DNA from: Lama glama
Lineage: Eukaryota
Assembly (NCBI GenBank): GCA_028534125.1
Contig: CM052817.1
Coordinates: 100,194,001-100,258,000, forward strand
Length of the DNA: 64,000 bases
Direction: 5' to 3'
In this document: piece by piece, positions 61,813 to 64,000 of the stretch
Layout: each line of letters starts with the position of its first letter
Numbering within the stretch: the stretch's first letter is position 1
The notes under the pieces: model-generated
What the model was told of the DNA's origin: nothing
What the model saw: only the letters and a program-made list of their open reading frames with translations
The model's database searches: none
Translations under genes and position numbers: made by a program

Positions 61813-63217
61813 TGTTATCCTCATTATCTAATCTGCCACTTCAAGAAGTGAGGACTAAACCAAGGAGGGCGTTAGAGGACTTGTAGAGAGTTCAGAGGTA
61901 AGCTGCAAAGATGGTTTTGGGGCGATGGGAGAGGAAAAGTGGGGTTGGGAAGAAGAGGGGTGCAGGCTGAAAGGCAGGATGAAAGGTCTGTGGTCCTCAC
62001 TTCTGCCAAGAAGGCTGAGGAGGGATCTGGTCAGTCTCGGGTCTGTGCAGGCTCTCTCATGAAGCAGTGACTTCAAAGCCTGGTGTAAGGGATGGGGAGG
62101 AGGTTTCCTTTCAGGAAGCCCTGGAAGAGGTTGATGGAAGAGGATACCATGAGTCCTCTAATGCGGGAGTTTCCATGTGTCTGGGATGATTTGCTACTTT
62201 GGAAACAGAACAGAATCAGTGCAAAGAGTCAGATTTCTGCAGGGACAAAAGGTCTGGATCACAGGAAATTACCAGAGACCATCGCCAGGAAATTACTCTG
62301 GAATAAACAGACTTATCCAGGGAAAATCCACATAAGCGAGTTACAACCTTCTTTCTAGGTTGTGGACATCAGTGATCTTTGACCAAACTGTACCTGTGAC
62401 AGACCCTGGACCAGACTGTCCCAGAGCACCAAAGGTGGGCAGGCCAATGGCTCTCATGCTTTTTAAGATTAGGAGAGGATGGAAGGATTTGGTCAAAGAG
62501 CAATCACACTGACAACATTACCAGGGAACTTGGATTATACACAAAGTTTAAGAGATGGTTGCAATGATTTATCTAAAGAAATATTTGAAAGAAGAAATCA
62601 GGTAACACTACTTAACCCTTACCAGGCTGATATAAAAGAGTAAAAAATAAAATCTTTCGAAGGGCAATAGAAAAAAAAAGTCCAGAGACTTAATAAAGAC
62701 AGCTGAATCATTTGGGGAAATTGGGAAAGCACCTGAAGAGAAGTTAAAATATGAGAAAGGCAGAAAAAAAAAGATTTTTTTAAATGAAGAAGTAAAATCT
62801 CTACTCTCTGGACCCTAATTAACACATTTCAAATCAATCAGAGCAGTCACACTTCAGGAAAAATGTGGGACATTTAGCCCTAGCAGAGACTTCCTGGCAG
62901 GATAAACCACAGTCCGATCTGCTATGGCAATTCCTACATGTTTATTTATTTGTTTTTTCGAAAACTTTGGATGTCTTGGAAGTCAGCCCTGCTGCCCACA
63001 CCTGGAGTTGAGAATGACAGCCTGAGTGTTGCCAGATTCTCAGTCATCAAAGAACTATTCCTTCCTGCTACGTAGATCCCTCTTAGAAGTGTGGGAACAG
63101 CCAACGTTATGCTTTAGAAAGAATTTTCAGTCATGGGGGTAGAAGATCAAAGAGGTTTTCTGTGACTGTTTTTCTTTTTGAACAGCGCTTCCTTTGACAA
63201 GAAAATTACATAAACCA

Positions 63218-63408
63218 AAGGACCTACTATATAGTACAGGGAATTATATTCAGTTTCTTGTAATAACATATAGTGGAAAAGAATCTGAAAAGAGAAAGTA
63301 TCGATGTATGTATATGCATAACAGAATCACTTTGCTGTACACCTGAAACTAACATGGTAAATCAACTACACTTTAGTAAAAAAAAAATTTTAATTAAAAG
63401 AAAAGAAA
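63218..63408 (+). mobile_element. Short L1 3' end
   Basis: Perfect 19-bp TSD aagaaaattacataaacca (63199-63217, 63409-63427). Confidence 0.9.
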
Positions 63409-63444
63409 AAGAAAATTACATAAACCAGAACATACTTCTTTCAT

Positions 63445-63570
63445 TAATTTATTCCTGTATTTAGTCATTCGACAAATAGTTATTGAACACGTATTAAGTG
63501 CCAGGAACAGTGCTAGTCGTGAAGGTTAAAGAACAACAGTTCCTGCGGTCAGGAAGTCCACAGTCTGACC
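63445..63570 (-). mobile_element. L2 3' end
   Basis: cattcgacaaatagttattgaacac...gtgccaggaacagtgcta. Confidence 0.7.
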
Positions 63571-63669
63571 AAAGATTCTTGTTGATTGGGTACTTTTATG
63601 AAATGTACCAACAATGTCTTTGAGGTAACTGTTTTCTTAATATGAATTAACTTTCCAATGAAGACATGC

Positions 63670-64000
63670 TTCCATTTGAACCCTCCTCGTCCACTCTCTA
63701 CCCTCCTCCATCCTCCTCTGCCCTGGAAGCTGGCCTGTGTGCCCTCTGGCTTTTGGTTGGGTTCAGCCAGTGCGAGGTGAGGCAGGAGATGATGGAAGAG
63801 GGGACAAGGCGGTTGGAGCGTTTATTTCCCCAGCTCCTCACCTGCTGCGTTTCTCTATAAAGACCGGTGGGGAACGCTCTCCAGACATTGCTCTTCACAC
63901 CTGAGGGTGGAATGGCTCCCCACTTTGATCACCTGGGGCCCTGCACTATTCCGGTTGGTTTCCTAAATCAGCCCACACCTTTGTAAATGGTTCCTTTATT
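63670..64000 (+). mobile_element. LTR33-like ERVL LTR (runs off the window)
   Basis: gccctctggcttttggttgggttcagcca...gcccacacctttgtaaatggttcctttatt. Confidence 0.7.

Noticed and set aside
1..64000. Prokaryote-type systems (CRISPR arrays, operons), intact ERV genes or full-length L1
   Set aside because: None seen. The sequence is mammalian, the LTRs appear solo and all LINEs are truncated.

Overview
Mammalian genomic DNA, very probably camelid (alpaca/llama/camel), judged from four tRNA-derived vic-1-type SINEs and matching lineage L1 3' ends. The window is almost entirely non-coding. The first ~2.2 kb looks like the CpG-enriched promoter and 5' end of a minus-strand gene I cannot identify, with a plausible first exon ending at 608, a 150-nt intron and a 189-nt exon at 457-269. 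The rest is upstream or intronic DNA full of old (MIR, L2, L4, MLT1, ERVL LTRs, hAT DNA transposons, L1M) and younger (camelid L1, vic-1, ERV1 solo LTR) repeats, separated by a few repeat-free, motif-dense stretches that may be enhancers. I see no complete protein-coding gene, RNA gene or CRISPR array, and no clear evidence of a new biological system. The most interesting signals are atypical retrotransposition products and candidate regulatory elements. Repeat family names come from my recall of consensus sequences, not from a search, and boundaries of old repeats are approximate.
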